A program made the translations under genes and the position numbers. Below are positions 11,181 to 24,600 of a stretch of 64,000 bases of DNA, in pieces (position 1 is the stretch's first letter; every line of letters begins with the position of its first letter). Under the pieces are notes generated by a model. It was not told where the DNA came from. It did not search any database and saw only the letters and a list, made by a program, of their open reading frames with translations. The stretch covers positions 8,060,001 to 8,124,000 of the forward strand of contig JBHGNT010000022.1 of the NCBI GenBank assembly GCA_043228905.1, read 5' to 3'. Source of the stretch: Azolla caroliniana (taxonomy: Eukaryota; Plantae; Polypodiophyta).

Positions 11181-11437
11181 TGTTCGTGTTCCAACTCTCA
11201 GCGAGCACCGACATGGTCTCCCATGCCAATTGGTGTTGGTGTTTTCAGTGAGGAAAACACATGGTTTCTCGCACCCACCACTTCCCGTTCACCCCTACAC
11301 CGTGATTTCGAAAAGGCGGTCGTAAAGGGGAAGATAATATCCCAGACATGAGAACAGATATTTAAAGATTTGAACTCTTGAGCTCTTATGTTATAGTCAA
11401 GTGTTATATTGTAACCAACACATCCAAGTACATAACA
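11181..11437. mobile_element. LTR-like segment (TG...CA); its last ~90 bp recur inverted at 14824-14910
   Basis: Starts tgttcg exactly where copia A ends and finishes cataaca. 11345-11432 is the reverse complement of 14824-14910. Confidence 0.45.
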
Positions 11438-11690
11438 TGTTACGTATATCTTCATAGATTATCTATTCACATTCTAGGAGTTTTTGGAAAGTTCTAGAAC
11501 TAGAAGGTTGTAGAGGGTTCTAGAATATTCTAATGCACGTACTTCAACTCACAATATAAATACTTGTAACCTTCTTGGTTCCTTTCAAGGGATTCAACAC
11601 CAATCATTGACACATCAATCTAGTATTCTTGTTTCGCCTCATCTTTGTCTCCTTCATCTTTCGTCACAACATCAGTATCTAAGAGGGCTT
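11438..11690 (+). mobile_element. LTR of another retroelement with a decayed PBS
   Basis: tgttac...tataaata (11556)...cacaaca (11670), then tcagtatctaagag resembling a Met-i PBS. The ttctagaa-rich U3 resembles the chromovirus LTR at 17597. Confidence 0.55.
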
Positions 11691-11770
11691 GGACTTGAAG
11701 TTGACAACTCGGTGTCCTAACTTGTACTTGGGTTAATAAGACTGTACTAACATGCTTGGAAGAAATGGAA

Positions 11771-14700
11771 CCTCCATGAAGATAATATCTCGACTCCGGA
11801 ATACCTTCTTGTCGACCGGGTCCCACACTCGGTAGCCAAACTCATCGTCACCGTAACCGAGGAATATGCATGGTCGGGTCTTTGGATCTAACTTTCCTCT
11901 CCGGTTCTTTGCTACATGCACGTACGCGAGACACCCGAACACCCTCAGATGCCGGTAGGAAACTTCCTTACCGGTCCATACTCTCTGTGGCGTGTCTCCG
12001 TCCAAGGGTACTGAGGGTGATCTGTTTATCACGTATGTCGCCGTCGACAATGCCTCAGCCCAAAAACTTCTTGGGTAATTTTGCATGCGCTAGCATACTC
12101 CGGACCCTCTCCATTATGGTCCGGTTCATCCTCTCGGCTAGTCCATTTAGTTCCAGCGTCTTCGGCACGGTAAATTCGAGCCGGATTCCCTTCGAGCGGC
12201 AGTACTCCTCGAACTGCCCCCCGGTACTCTCCTCCGTTGTCTGCTCGAACCGCCTTCAGCTTCCGGCCGGTTTCTCTTTCCACTCTCGCGTGGAGCTCTT
12301 TGAAGACGGATAACACCTGATCCTTCGTCTTCAGCGGTGTGGCCCACAACTTCCGGCTGTGGTCATCTATGAACGTCACGAAGTACTGCGCTCCGGCATG
12401 TGACTTCGTGTCTACTTGACACACATACGTATGCACCAACTCCAGTGGTGCATTACGTCTCATCGGTGGCCTTGGTCGGAAGGAGGTCCGGTTCTGCTTA
12501 CCGGCCAGACAATCAATGCACTTCTCTAAGTGCACGTTCTTCACTGGAGTGAGGTTGTCGTCTGCAAGCCTCTTCATCCCCTTCTCGCTCATATGACACA
12601 ACCTCTTGTGCCACAGCTCACCGGCAGTGTCGGATGCCACGTTCACTTCTTCCGGACATAACCGGGCATTCATCAAGTACAACGTGTTTACCTTCCGGGC
12701 CCGAGCCAGAATTAGGCTCCCTTTGCTGAACTTCATGACCCCGTTCGGGATGCTACCCGTGTAGCCTTCATCATCTAGCCGACCGGCTGATATCAAGTTG
12801 AGACGAACCTCCGGAACGTGTCGGACATCCTTCAGCAGCAACTTGCATCCGGTTGGTGTTGAGAGCCACACGTCTCCTATGCCGATAATTCGGCATGTAC
12901 CTTCATTCCCCATCCGGACACAGCCGTGGTCACCGGCTGAGTAGGATGAGAAGCATTTCCGGTCCGGGGTAAGGTGGAACGACGCTCCGGAGTCTACCAC
13001 CCAGGTCATCTTGTCGCCGGCAAGGTTTATCTCACTCTCCTCGGTGATGAGCATCAACTCTTCTTCACTTGCCGCGATTGCCGTCATTCCCTTCCGGTCC
13101 ATCCCCTTCCGGTCTTTACCGTTCCGGTCTTTACCGTTCCGGTCTTTACCGTTCCGGTCCGGGGTTTGCTTCGAATCGGTACTGTCGGTTTCCTTGTCTT
13201 TACGAAAATGTCGACAGTTCTTTTGGAAGTGACCCGGCTTGCCGCAATAGTAGCAAGTGGGCCTCCCCCTTGACTTTGACCGTGTCCCCGACTTCTCCCG
13301 GTTCTGGGGACTACGGTTTCTATGTCTTCCACGTTCCGATTCGGTAAGAAGCGCTTTGGAGTCGGAGCTCGTATCTTTGTCTTTCCGACGCGCCTCCTCA
13401 TCTAGCAAGCTCGACTTTACTCTTGCTAGGGATAACCGCTTTCCTTCCGGTCCGGCGTTGCCCAAAGTGACAACCAACGTCTCCCAGCTATCCGGGAGGG
13501 AACCGAGCAGGAGTAGCGCAAGTACCTCATCCGCGAGAGGTACTTCCAATGAAGTTGCCTGGTGTATCAGCCCCTGGAAGACATTCATGTGCTCCGCCAT
13601 GCTGGAGCAATCTTGGTACCGGAGTCTTACTAGCTTCCGGAATACCGACACCTGATTGACAACATTTTTGTTCTGAAACATTATGCCGATCTTCTCCCAG
13701 AGCTCATGAGCCTTGCTCTCTTCATTGAAGTTCTTGTATAGGCTCATGTCGATGAAGCACCGTATGTACGCCGTTGTCTTCATGTGCATCACCTCCCATA
13801 TCGTGGCGTCGATTTTGTCTGGTCTCTTGTCCCCGAACTGAACTGGCAGCCAGAGGTCTTTAACAACGAGCATATCCCTCATCTTCGACTTCCATACTGA
13901 ATAGTTGGAGCCGGTGAGCTTGAACATGCCGCCAAATGATTCGTCCATTTTCTGTGTCGATTTCGCTCTGATACCACTTGACGGGAACTCAACGCTCCTT
14001 ATACACAATGCTCGGCCACAACCGAGCTTCTTTTCATACACAAAAAATGGGAAATAGAAACACACGACAACGAAGAGAAATGGTACACAGGAGGTTAACG
14101 TGGAAAGCCCCAAACTAGAGGAAAAACCACGGCAGCCCACAGGCTGCAAACTGTCACTATGTATGAATGTACAAAACAGTGAGTACACGGAGGCAACGAC
14201 CTCGGACTCACGATCTTCGCCAAAGGCGGCGGTTACAATAGAGGCAGCAACCTCTTTCTCTCTCTCTCTCTCTGTACACTGTTACGTGCTCTCTCTTCTT
14301 CTTGCATCAACAAGAAAATGACAATCACACAACAAAAAAGTTTGCCCTAAGTCATATTTATACTAATATGACTTTTCGGCTATTTACAAATATAGCCTCG
14401 ATAGGCTCTCAGAAACATATTTACGAATATGTCTCTTCCTCCGGTTCTCACCGGTTCTGCACCATCCGGCTCTCCGTAGCTGGGTACTCCTCATCCGGTT
14501 CACACCGGGCCTGCACCATCCGGCTCTCCGTAGCCGGGTACTCCTCATCCGGTTCACACCGGGCCTGCACCATCCGGCTCTCCGTAGCCGGGTACTCCTC
14601 ATCCGGTTCACACCGGGCCTGCACCATCCGGCTCTCCGTAGCCGGGTACTCCTCATCCGGTTCACACCGGGCCTGCACCATCCGGCTCTCCGTAGCCGGG

Positions 14701-14823
14701 TACTCCTCATCCGGTTCACACCGAGCCTGCACCATCCGGCTCTCCGTAGCCGGGTACTCCTCATCCGGTTCACACCGCGCCTGTATTTCTCCCTTCCCAT
14801 CCGGAGGGACCTGTCTCCCAACA
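11771..14823 (-). mobile_element. Ty1/copia copy B: 5' LTR, PBS, gag-protease-integrase; 3' truncated
   Basis: LTR 13979-14823 (TG...CA). PBS TGGTATCAGAGC at 13965-13976 (tRNA-iMet). Gag ATG at 13948 (MDESFGG). Frameshift in the C-run near 12220. Breaks off after the integrase RSRDIIF motif. Confidence 0.95.
14450..14780 (-). repeat. 54-bp tandem repeat (about 6 copies) in copia LTR U3
   Basis: Unit ccggttcacaccgggcctgcaccatccggctctccgtagccgggtactcctcat; appears as an 18-aa repeat in spurious ORFs. Confidence 0.95.
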
Positions 14824-17617
14824 TGTACTTGGATGTGTTGGTTACAATATAACACTTGACTATAATATAAGAGGTCAAGAGTTCAAATCTTGAAGTATTT
14901 GTTTTCATTTTTGTGACACCAGTTGGTGCTCCCATCTTTTTTGTGAAGAAAAAGGACGGCTACCTTCGTTTGGTATGCCCTACCTTTAATCTCCAGTCTC
15001 TTAGAATGCATTGGTGGGGCAAAACATTTTACCAAATTTGATCTAAGGGGTGCATATAATCTTGTTCGAATTCAACTTGTAGATGAGTGGAAAACTACAT
15101 TTAGTACTCGATATGGTTATTTTGAGTATACAATCATGCCTTTCGGGCTCACAAATGCACCCACAGTATTTCAACATATGGCAAATGACATTTTCTGGGA
15201 TTTCTTGGATATCTTTCTCATCATCTACCTAGATTATTTGTTGATTTACTCTAAAACACAACAAGAGCATGATATATATGTGGGGAAAGTACTTGAATGC
15301 CTAAGAAAGTATGGTCTTTATGCCAAACTTGAGAAATGCAGTTTTGATTGCAAACAAGTCGAATTTTTGGGATACACTATTTCATCCAAGGGTATTTTCA
15401 TGGATCCGGCAAAAGTCCAAACAATATTGGAATGGAAACCCCCATGCTCAGTTCGAGACGTCCAATGTTTCCTCGGATTTGCGAACTTCTATTGCAAATT
15501 CATACGTAATTATTCAAGCATTGTGTTGCCCTTCACCCAACTCACCAAGAAAAATCAAGCATGTTTTTGGAATATCGAAGCGAGCAAGGCTTTTACTCAG
15601 TTGAAAGAGGCATTCACATCAGCACCTATCCTAGCGCATATTGATCACGAAAAGCCATTTACTATTGAGGCGGATGCGTCAGACTTTGCATTGGGGAGTA
15701 TCCTATCGCAACCAAGTGAGGACGGGCAGACTCATCTAGTCGTGTTGAACTCGAGAAAATTTACTGTTTTGGAGATAAACTGTGGTCGACTCATTCGAGC
15801 AATGGTGTCATTGTCTAGAAGGATAGCCTCATCAGATTATCATTTATAGTGATCACAACAATCTCACATATTTTCAAACAACTCGAGTATTAAATAGAGG
15901 ACAAGCTCGGTGGGCCCAATTTCTAACGTGTTTCTATTTCAAGATCATTTCGCCTCGAAAAACAACAAGGTAAAGTAGATGCTTTGTCTCGGCATTCGTA
16001 TCTAGCTCTTCCACCTGGAGATCTGGCCTTTGACAATCAAAAGCAAATTCTCCTCTGGCCATCAAAGCTACATGCAACAACAATTTATGCCACGCCACTT
16101 GATTCTAGCCTTCCTGACGCTATTTGGCAACAACTTCACTCTGATGATTTCTCTAAGGATGTCTTAGCCCACATTGGTTCAAGCTATCCATCTTGCTCCA
16201 CATTGCAAGGGTCATCTCAAAATTATCAGTACTTCAAGTGGCCAGATGGCTTACTCTTCTACAATAATCTCCTCTATGTCCCTAACGGATCACCCCGACT
16301 TCAAGTGTTAGAACATTGTCATGATGCCCCCATGGCTTGACATTTTGGTATTGCCAAGACCATTGAGCTGGTGAAACGTTCATTTTGGTGGCCTCACATG
16401 CAAAAATTTGTCGAAGATTATGTGCCAAAATACCCATGCATCATCTTGACGGCTTACTACAACCATTACCACCTCCCAGCAAGCCATGACAGTCTATTTC
16501 TATAGATTTCATTACGGATCTGCCACCTTCCAAAAGGCTTTGATAGTATTTAAAAAGTAGTGGATCGGTTCACAAAGATGGCACATTTTGTATTGTGTGT
16601 AAAGACCATTAGTAGTGAAGAAACTATAGATCTCATTATGCGTGAGGTGTTTCGCCATCATGGTCTCCCAAATGATATTATTAGCGATCAAGGTCCTCAA
16701 TTTATATCACACTTTTGGAAGCACTTATGGGCAAGCCTCAAAATCTCCTGCAAACTCTCTTCGGCTTATCATCCACAAACTGACGGCCAAACAGAGCGCA
16801 CAAATCAAACACTCGAGCAGTATCTTTGATGCTTGATCAGTTATCAACAAGATGATTGGAGCAATATTTTACATCTTGCCAAGTTTGCATGCAAAAACAC
16901 GGTACACTCTTCTATCAAAATTACACATTTCTTTGCCTACACTGGCAACCAACCTCGATGATGTATCTTGGATCTCCCTGAGGTGTCACGAAACCCTAGT
17001 GCGGTGCATCACCTCCACCGACTACAACAAATCATGTTTGAGTTATCTTCACATCTTCAAAAAGCGCAAGCACACCATAAGACCAATACCGATCGGCATC
17101 GTCTTAAGTTTCCTTTTAAGGTTGGTGACCGAGTATGGTTCCTTCGTCATCACATCAAGACTACCTGCTCGTGTGCTAAGGTCGATTATCAATGCTAAGG
17201 TCCTTTTGTCATCACAACGTGGATTAATGATGCAACATTTCGTCTTAACCTTCCTGCACATATGCAACTTCACCCAATTTTTCATAGTTCTCTTCTGGAA
17301 CCTTGGCGCACCTCTTTAATTCCTAATCGTGTCGTACCACCACCGCCTTCTGTCCAACTGGTTGACGGCCCCGAATACGAGGTAACTACTATTCTCGATT
17401 CTAAGATTGTGTGCAATAAGATTTATTATCTAGTTGATTGGCTTGGCTATCCTCTGAGTGATCGCACTTTGGAACCTGTCGATAACATTTGTAATGCTCA
17501 AGCTCTTGTCGACGACTTCCATCGCCACTATCCAAACAAACCTGGCCGTGCAATGTTAACGTTGACTTCCACTCGACGTTCTCGAAGGAGGGATAGTGTC
17601 ATGAACACATGACCATT

Positions 17618-17690
17618 ATGGTGTCACCCCGACTTGAACCTCGAACCTTGTAATCCATAATTAAAAACCTGAACTATTAAGATAGCTTAT
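17618..17690 (-). other. tRNA-like Pol III cassette within LTR of chromovirus E
   Basis: Minus strand reads gctatcttaatagtt (decayed box A)...GGTTCAAGTC (box B, 17631-17640) ggggtgacaCCA. Confidence 0.5.
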
Positions 17691-18250
17691 TGTCATATGA
17701 GAGAATAAAAGCTACTTTCTGTATTAGATTGATTATTGTAAAAACTCTAGATCATTCTAGAATGTCCTAGAACATTGTACGTCTAGAACCTTATAGAAAT
17801 CTCTAGGCTATTTGTTGCCTGTCTGGCCGGACTAGCCTCAACACAGGTGTCTATCCGACACTTCTCCAAAGGGGTGGTAAGGGTTGGATGCTAGGTTACA
17901 CGCGTAAGATGATTACAATTAAGCACAGATGGTAAACAATACGAGATACAGATAAACACGCAATAATTACTATTGTATTACTTCCGTCCCCCCTTTACAA
18001 ATCATCGGATCCTTTTATAGGCATCCGGCAAGGTTACAATCGGTGCGCTTAGGCAACCGACATCCGAATCGGTCCGGATCCGGATCGGTACCACTGTACC
18101 GAATCCGTCCCTCCGAATAATAATTCTACTATTATTTACTTCCTATTATCCGATCCGATTCCGCCTTCCCACTTGTCCTTGCTTTTCTGACCGGCCAACA
18201 CATGGCACGCCCGTGGGAAAGTGCCTTGCACTTCGAATCCACTCCCGGCC

Positions 18251-21200
18251 TCAGTCTTCCTCCAAAATATCGAGCACACTCTGCTCGATAGTGTCAAGTG
18301 GTGCTTCTTCCTCCTGTTCTTGTTCCTTGCCTGCCTGGTCTCCGACCTCCGGTTGGGTAGGTTGTTCCGTAAAAATTTGCTGCTCCGGCTTTGCTTGATT
18401 CTGTGGTGCCGGTGCTTCCTCACCGCTTCGTCCGGGTTCTTCCTGTTCTCCCTCCGTTCCTGGCTCTGTTCTGTTACCGGTATCGCTTTCTCCGGTCTCG
18501 ACTAGTCGACTCGATATGCCTCCTTCCTCTGCTCTGGTGTCTTCCGGTCTCAGCTCTTCTTCTTCTCCGGCATCGGTCCGCTCCTGCTCTTCTTCAAGTT
18601 CGTCTTCGGGTATTCCTCGTCGGGGTTGTTCGGTGTCGGTTGGTTCATCTTCAGCCGGTCGCGTTTCCTCACCAATAGTGGTTGGCGTCGTTCGTCCCTT
18701 AGCTTCCTGTCGTAACCGGTCCTGCTCGTATCTCTCCAACTCCAACTGAGTTGCGAGCTGCCCGTCATCCAACCTCTCTATCAACCCTCGGATTTCTTTG
18801 AGGTGTTCTTCTGCTAAAGTGTAGAAATCCTCCGACAATTCTTCCCGAATGGCGACGATACTTTCTTCATCCATCTTGTAGAACTTGTCACCGGTCTTCC
18901 TCCGATTCTCGGCATCCGCTCGGAGTGTCTGCAGCTCGGCTGCCTGTTGTGACCACTCCTTCCATAGCTTTTCCGTACTTTCGTTGATGCTTGCCTGAGC
19001 TCGGGTACTTCATCCTGACATGATGAGCTTGATCCGGTCAACCCCTGCCTTAGCATGCGCATAAGCTTCCTGCTTTTCCTTCCTTGCCCGTTTTATAATG
19101 TCGGCCATTATCTAAGCCTGGGCCTCGTAATCTGCTTTCTGCTTTTCATAGGTACTCTGCAGTTTGCTGATCGTGAAGGTCGATTTTTCCTTTTCTTCAT
19201 TCCTGATCTTGGTCAGGTCCAGCTTTTCCCGCCTTAGCGCCTCTAATTCCTTCCTTCTCTCCGTTGCTTGGGCTATTTCCGCCGACAATGCTTCCTTGTT
19301 GGCACTGACCTCATCCATCACCTTAGCCAGGTCTAATCGGGTCTCTTTGAGCTGCTCTTTCAGCTTCTCTATTTGCCGGTCGTAGTCTGCTGCCCGTTTT
19401 TTGTTGTCCGACTCGGCCTGCTTGTGATCTCGGTAGACACGGTCGAAGTCCTCCTTCTTCTGCTTCAGGCGTCGGGTTGCCTGAGCTCTTAACCGATCGT
19501 CCCGGTCCTTCTGTTGTCGGAGTTCTTCCTGCAGTCATTCTATCTCTTGCTCGGCATGTCGACGTAGTCGGTCCTTCTCCTTCTGCAGCTTCTCTTTTTC
19601 TTCTTGCAGTCGGTCATTAGCGGCTCGACCTTTCCGGAGGCCTTCTTCCATTTTTCGTCTGTCGTCCTCCACCGCTTTCCGCTGCTCCCTTTCTCTTTCC
19701 CTTAATGCCTCCTGAGCTTTTAACTCCTCTCGTAAGGTTTCTATTATTTTTTCGGTCTCAGGGCCGGTTTGCAAGGCTACTGGTTCCGTTTCCGGTTTTG
19801 GTTGCTTCCTTGTTGTCCCGACCGGCTCGGTGACAGCTTGTGCTTGTTGAATTCCTTCCCTTGCCTGCAACAGCTCCCCTTGCATTTCCTCGATCTGTGT
19901 TCGGAGCGCGACCAACTCCTGAGTTGTTGTATGCGTCAACTGTTGCCTACACGTTTCTTCTTTCTCTAACTAGTCCGCTACTCCCGATAACTGCTCCGAA
20001 AGCCATCTCAGCCATTGTGGCTTTGTTCTTCCGGTGTCGAGGTGGCCTTGCTCACTTAAGTCAGGCTGATTTTCCGGCCTCTTCTCTGGCTCCGGCTCCG
20101 GCGCTTGTTCCTTCTTCTTCTCTGGGATGACCGGTTCTCTGAAATCCGGCCCAACCGGTGTCGGTGCTGCTTCCTTGGGTTCCGGTGTTGTTTCCGCCTC
20201 GGCTACTGGAGATGGTCCTTGCGCCCTCTGCTGAGTTCTGTCCACTGGTGGAGCCGGTCCTTTCGCCCGTTTCTCCCGACCTTGTCTTGCTGGGAGTCTT
20301 ACCAGTGGTTCGGATGAGTCTTCTGTTTCAGCTTCCTCCTCCGGTGCGGTTACCAGACGGACCTTTTGTATAAAGACCTCTGGTTCCGGTTCCGGCCGTC
20401 GCAGCGTTATATGGATTGGTTTGCGCGCTACCGGTTCCTCCTCGGCCGATTTCCCTTTGCCTTTACCTGCCGGTTTTGCCTTTGTTGCCGGTTCCTGTTG
20501 CTGTCGGGATGGTCCTTCCCCCTGCTGTTCTGCTTCTTGCTGGGTCCATCCGGGGGTGTGTTTCTCCAAGATCTGTCGGCGCTTTGTGACCTTTTTCGGC
20601 GTCGTCTCCTGCCGACCTCTTTTCTTTTGTGTGATGGGGAGCACCGGTGGGACTAACACCGTTAGCCATTGTGCTATCCCGGCCCATGGCTTTTTTCCTT
20701 CCACAAGATTTTTGATGGCCTCCTTCAATCCTTCGGTTATGAAATGGAGCCAGTCAATTTGTAAGCCTTCGTACGCTGCTATTAAGAATGTTGCCCGGTA
20801 CTTGGCTATGGCCGGGGGACGGGGATTCACGAATCCGTATTCCATCATAGCGCGAGCCACTTCTCCGAACAGCAGGTTCTCTCTGCCCTGCGTTCGGTAC
20901 GCCTTGCTGCTGATAGAGTACTCCCTGAAATATTCGAACAGGATTTCACTGGAAGGGTTTTCGATTGTTTGAAGTCCACCTGCTTTTATCCCTGTGAGCG
21001 CCTGCACCGCTCCTTCCGTGACTTCTGATATATCGATCAATGCTGCCGCCTGCTCTGGTTCTGCATGTGGTGGAGCGTCGGCGATCCGCAGCAATCCTTT
21101 TAACCTGTTCTCCCTCATCCATTGGCGTGCCTCTTCCGACAGTACCATTGTTTCGAATTCTTCTTCTGCTGCCTGTTGTTCGGGATCGCGCTATGTGTGC

Positions 21201-21346
21201 TCTGTGCGTCGGGTCGCTCTTCTGTGCTTCTGCGCCTGTATGTAGGAAAATTCGTAAAAAGTGAGCCCTTCGCAGGCCTGTGTCTTATATAGTGGGTTGT
21301 GCCTCGAGCCGCCCTTTTTCGTTTCCCGCACATGTTCCTCTCCCGC
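18251..21346 (-). pseudogene. Additional sense ORF of element F: globular N-terminal domain plus long coiled coil, fragmented
   Basis: ORF fragments 19970-21148, 19535-19939, 19112-19321 and 18251-18874 are collinear downstream of pol; E/R/Q-rich heptad-like stretches. Confidence 0.75.
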
Positions 21347-21525
21347 CATAATTAGTATGTCCTTTCTTGTTTGCCGCGTGTGAGTGCCCACGTTCCATGC
21401 TTTAAATAGCAAGTACGCGCACGTCCTTCTTTAATGCATGGCGCCTCTTCGTTGCATGGTGGCGCTCCCACCTCTTGTGATCTCCCCATCATTACGATGA
21501 TTCGCGTCGATTTTGCCCACGTCAT

Positions 21526-21526
21526 T

Positions 21527-21561
<35 letters not shown>

Positions 21562-21605
21562 TTTCTTCTTCTTTTTTATTTTTTATTTTTATTTTTATTT
21601 TTTTC
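21526..21605 (+). repeat. (TTTA)n microsatellite and T-rich tract
   Basis: About 9 perfect TTTA units between pol and the extra ORF. Confidence 0.95.
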
Positions 21606-21621
21606 CTTTGCTTGGACCACG

Positions 21622-24600
21622 TCATTTGCTGGTCCCCCCCGATTTGTTCGGGTCGGTTCGTGTGGATACCGGATCCTTCTGTCGGTTTTCCGGGATAGTC
21701 TTCGTCAGTATCGGTGTCGGTTCTTCCTCGGTCCGAATATCTTCAGCAGCGTCTGTCGGTGTCGGTTCCTCATCTTGCCGGATTTCCGGGTTTTGGTTGA
21801 ACGGGTTGGCTGGCATATTTCCCTTATACGGCTTTAGTCGAAATCCATTTGCCCACTTGCCGATGACATCTCCAGACAACGTGCCGAGCTGATACGACCC
21901 ATTGTACTCCTTGGTGATCCAGAACGGTCCGATCCATCGAAACCGCAACTTTCCCGGCATGTTCCCCATCCGTGTCTGGAATAGTAGTACCGATTTCCCG
22001 ACCTCGAACTCCTTTTCATTGCCACGCCGGTGTCGGTCCACGAAGGCTTTTCTCCTCCTTTGCTCCAGTTCGAGTTGTAGTAAGCTGGCTATTCGGTTTT
22101 CCTCTAATTCCAACAACGTCGCGAGCCGGATTCGTTCGGACTCGTTCTCACTTAAGCGCTCCTTCACCTGAATCCGTAAGCTGGGGATCTGGAACTCTAC
22201 CGGCATGACCGCTTCTAACCCGAATGCTAGTCGGAACGGGGTTGTCCGGATGCTAGTTTTGTAAGTTGTTCGGTACGCCCATAGCGCGCTTTGCAATTTC
22301 GTATCCCAGTCGGTCCGGTTCTCGTTGACGATTTTTCGTAGGATGTTCTGCAAAGTTTTGTTCGTTGATTCCGCTAGTCCATTGGCTTGAGGGTAGTAGG
22401 GAGTACTCTTTTTAGGTACCACCGCGTAAAATGACGTCAGGCTTTCTACTACCTGCCCGAGAAAATGTCCTCCTTGGTCACTTATAAGCTCGATCGGGCA
22501 TCCATACCGGCACCATATGCACTCGTACAGAAACTTTGCCGTGGACGCGGCCGTGTTGTCCCGTAAGGCCTTTGCTTCTACCCATTTGGTGCAATAGTCG
22601 GTCGCCACTATGACATACCGATTTCCGGTTCGCATTGCCGGTGGTTTGAAGGGACCGACAAAGTCCAACCCCCACTTTTGAAATGGTTCTAAGGGCAAGA
22701 CCGGGTGGTGTGGCATCCGGGCCTGCTCTGTGGGTTGGCCCAGTCGTTGACACAAATCGCATTCTCTGCTATACTTCACGGCATCTTTTAGGGTGGTCGG
22801 CCACCACAGTCCGCTTTGCCATATTTTCCGAGCGGTTGCGTCGCCGGCATAATGCCCGCCGGCAATTCCACAGTGGGCTTCCCTGAGGATTAGATCCTTC
22901 TCATCGCTCCGCACTGCTCGTCTCCAGATGCCATCTGCCCCCTTGTGATAGAGGGTGTCTCCAACCAAGCAGAAATGTCTACTTCTTACTGCTACCCTTT
23001 TCCTTTCATCGCGGTCCATGTTCTCCGGGGGAACTCCGGTGCTCAGGAATTGATGCATCTCAGTTAGCCATGTGTCTTCATCGGCTACCGTTGTATCCGT
23101 TGCCGGTTTCGTCGTGATCCGGAACAATTCGGTGTCGGCAAACTCATCCTGGACGCCGTCCCCTGCTTCTCCGGATTCGAGTCTGCTTAGATAGTCCGCT
23201 ACCGCATGCTGCGCCCCGGGTCGGTGGAAAATTTCGAATTCAAATTCCTGTAGTAGCAGTGTCCACCGTGCAATTTTTCCCGTCAGGGATGCCTTCGAGA
23301 CCAGGTAGAGTAGTGCCGAATGGTCGACATGGAAGGAAAACTTCCTTCCGAGCAGATAGTGCCTGTACTTTGTGACACTATACACCATTCCCAATGCCTC
23401 GCGTTCCGTCGTAGAGTAATTCCGTTCGGCTTTTGAGAGTTTCCGGCTTGCGTAGTACACCGGTCGGTACCATTTCGGCTCTGTGAGTTGCATCAGAACG
23501 CTGCCGATTGCTACGTCCGACGCGTCGACGAAGACGTGAAAGCTTTTACTCCAATCCGGCGGTTGCACCACCGGGGCTTGCGACAGCATAACCTTCAACG
23601 CTTTGTAGGATTCCTCCTCCGTCTCCGCCCATAGGAAGGGTACCCTATGTATGGCGGTATGTAACGGTGTAGCGAAGTCCGCGAGGTGCCGTATCATCCG
23701 GCTATGCCACCTTATTTGGCCCAGGAACCGGCTTAAAGCCTTTGCGTTACTTGGTGCTGGTGCATCGAGAATCGCCTTGACTTTATCCGGATCTACCGCG
23801 ATTCCTTCCTTACTCACCACGTGCCCTAGCAAGTTGCCGCTTGCCACTCCAAAGACGCACTTGGCCGGATTCAGGCTCAATCGGTACTCGCGGCACTTCT
23901 CCAAGCACAGCCGGAGGTGATCGAGATGCTCTCCGTGCCGGCTGTAGACCGCGAAATCGTCAAGGAAGACCTGCATAAAACCGGGGATATATTCCCCGAA
24001 AATTTCCATTATTATCCTTTGAAAGGTCGCTAGAGCCGTCTTTAGTCCGAACATCATCACGACCGCGACGAACACTCCCCATTCCGTCACGAACGTTGTC
24101 TTCTCTTGGTCGGCCGGGTTCATTCGTATTTGGTTGTAGCCGCTAAATCCATCCAGGAAGCTGTAAACTTCGTGCCCGGCTACCGCATCTAACACCCCGT
24201 CCGTAAATGGTAGTGGAAACGCATCGGTCACTGTTGCGGCATTCAGTTTTCGGTAGTCCACGCATACCCGGATTTTGCCGTTCTTTTTCGGGACCACCAC
24301 TATCGGACTCAGCCAGGTTGCCTGCTTGACCGGTCGGATAAATCCGACCCGGAGGAGCTTATCAATTTCCTCCTCCACCTTTGCCGCATAATTCGGATTC
24401 ATCCGGTACCTGCGTTGAGCAATTGGTTTCGCGTTCGTACTTAGGTGAATTTGGTGCTGATAGAGCTGGGGGTCCAGCCCTCGCATGTCTTCGTACGACC
24501 ACGCGAACACATCCTTGAAGTCTGTTAACAATGCTACCATTTACCGGTTGGGGCTTGTCTGCTGTGCCGAGGTCCACCTCCTCGAGTTGGGATGCTTTTA

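Noticed and set aside
14302-14935. Repeat-protein ORFs (also 34593-35176 and 44678-45322)
   Set aside because: Translations of the 54-bp LTR repeat.
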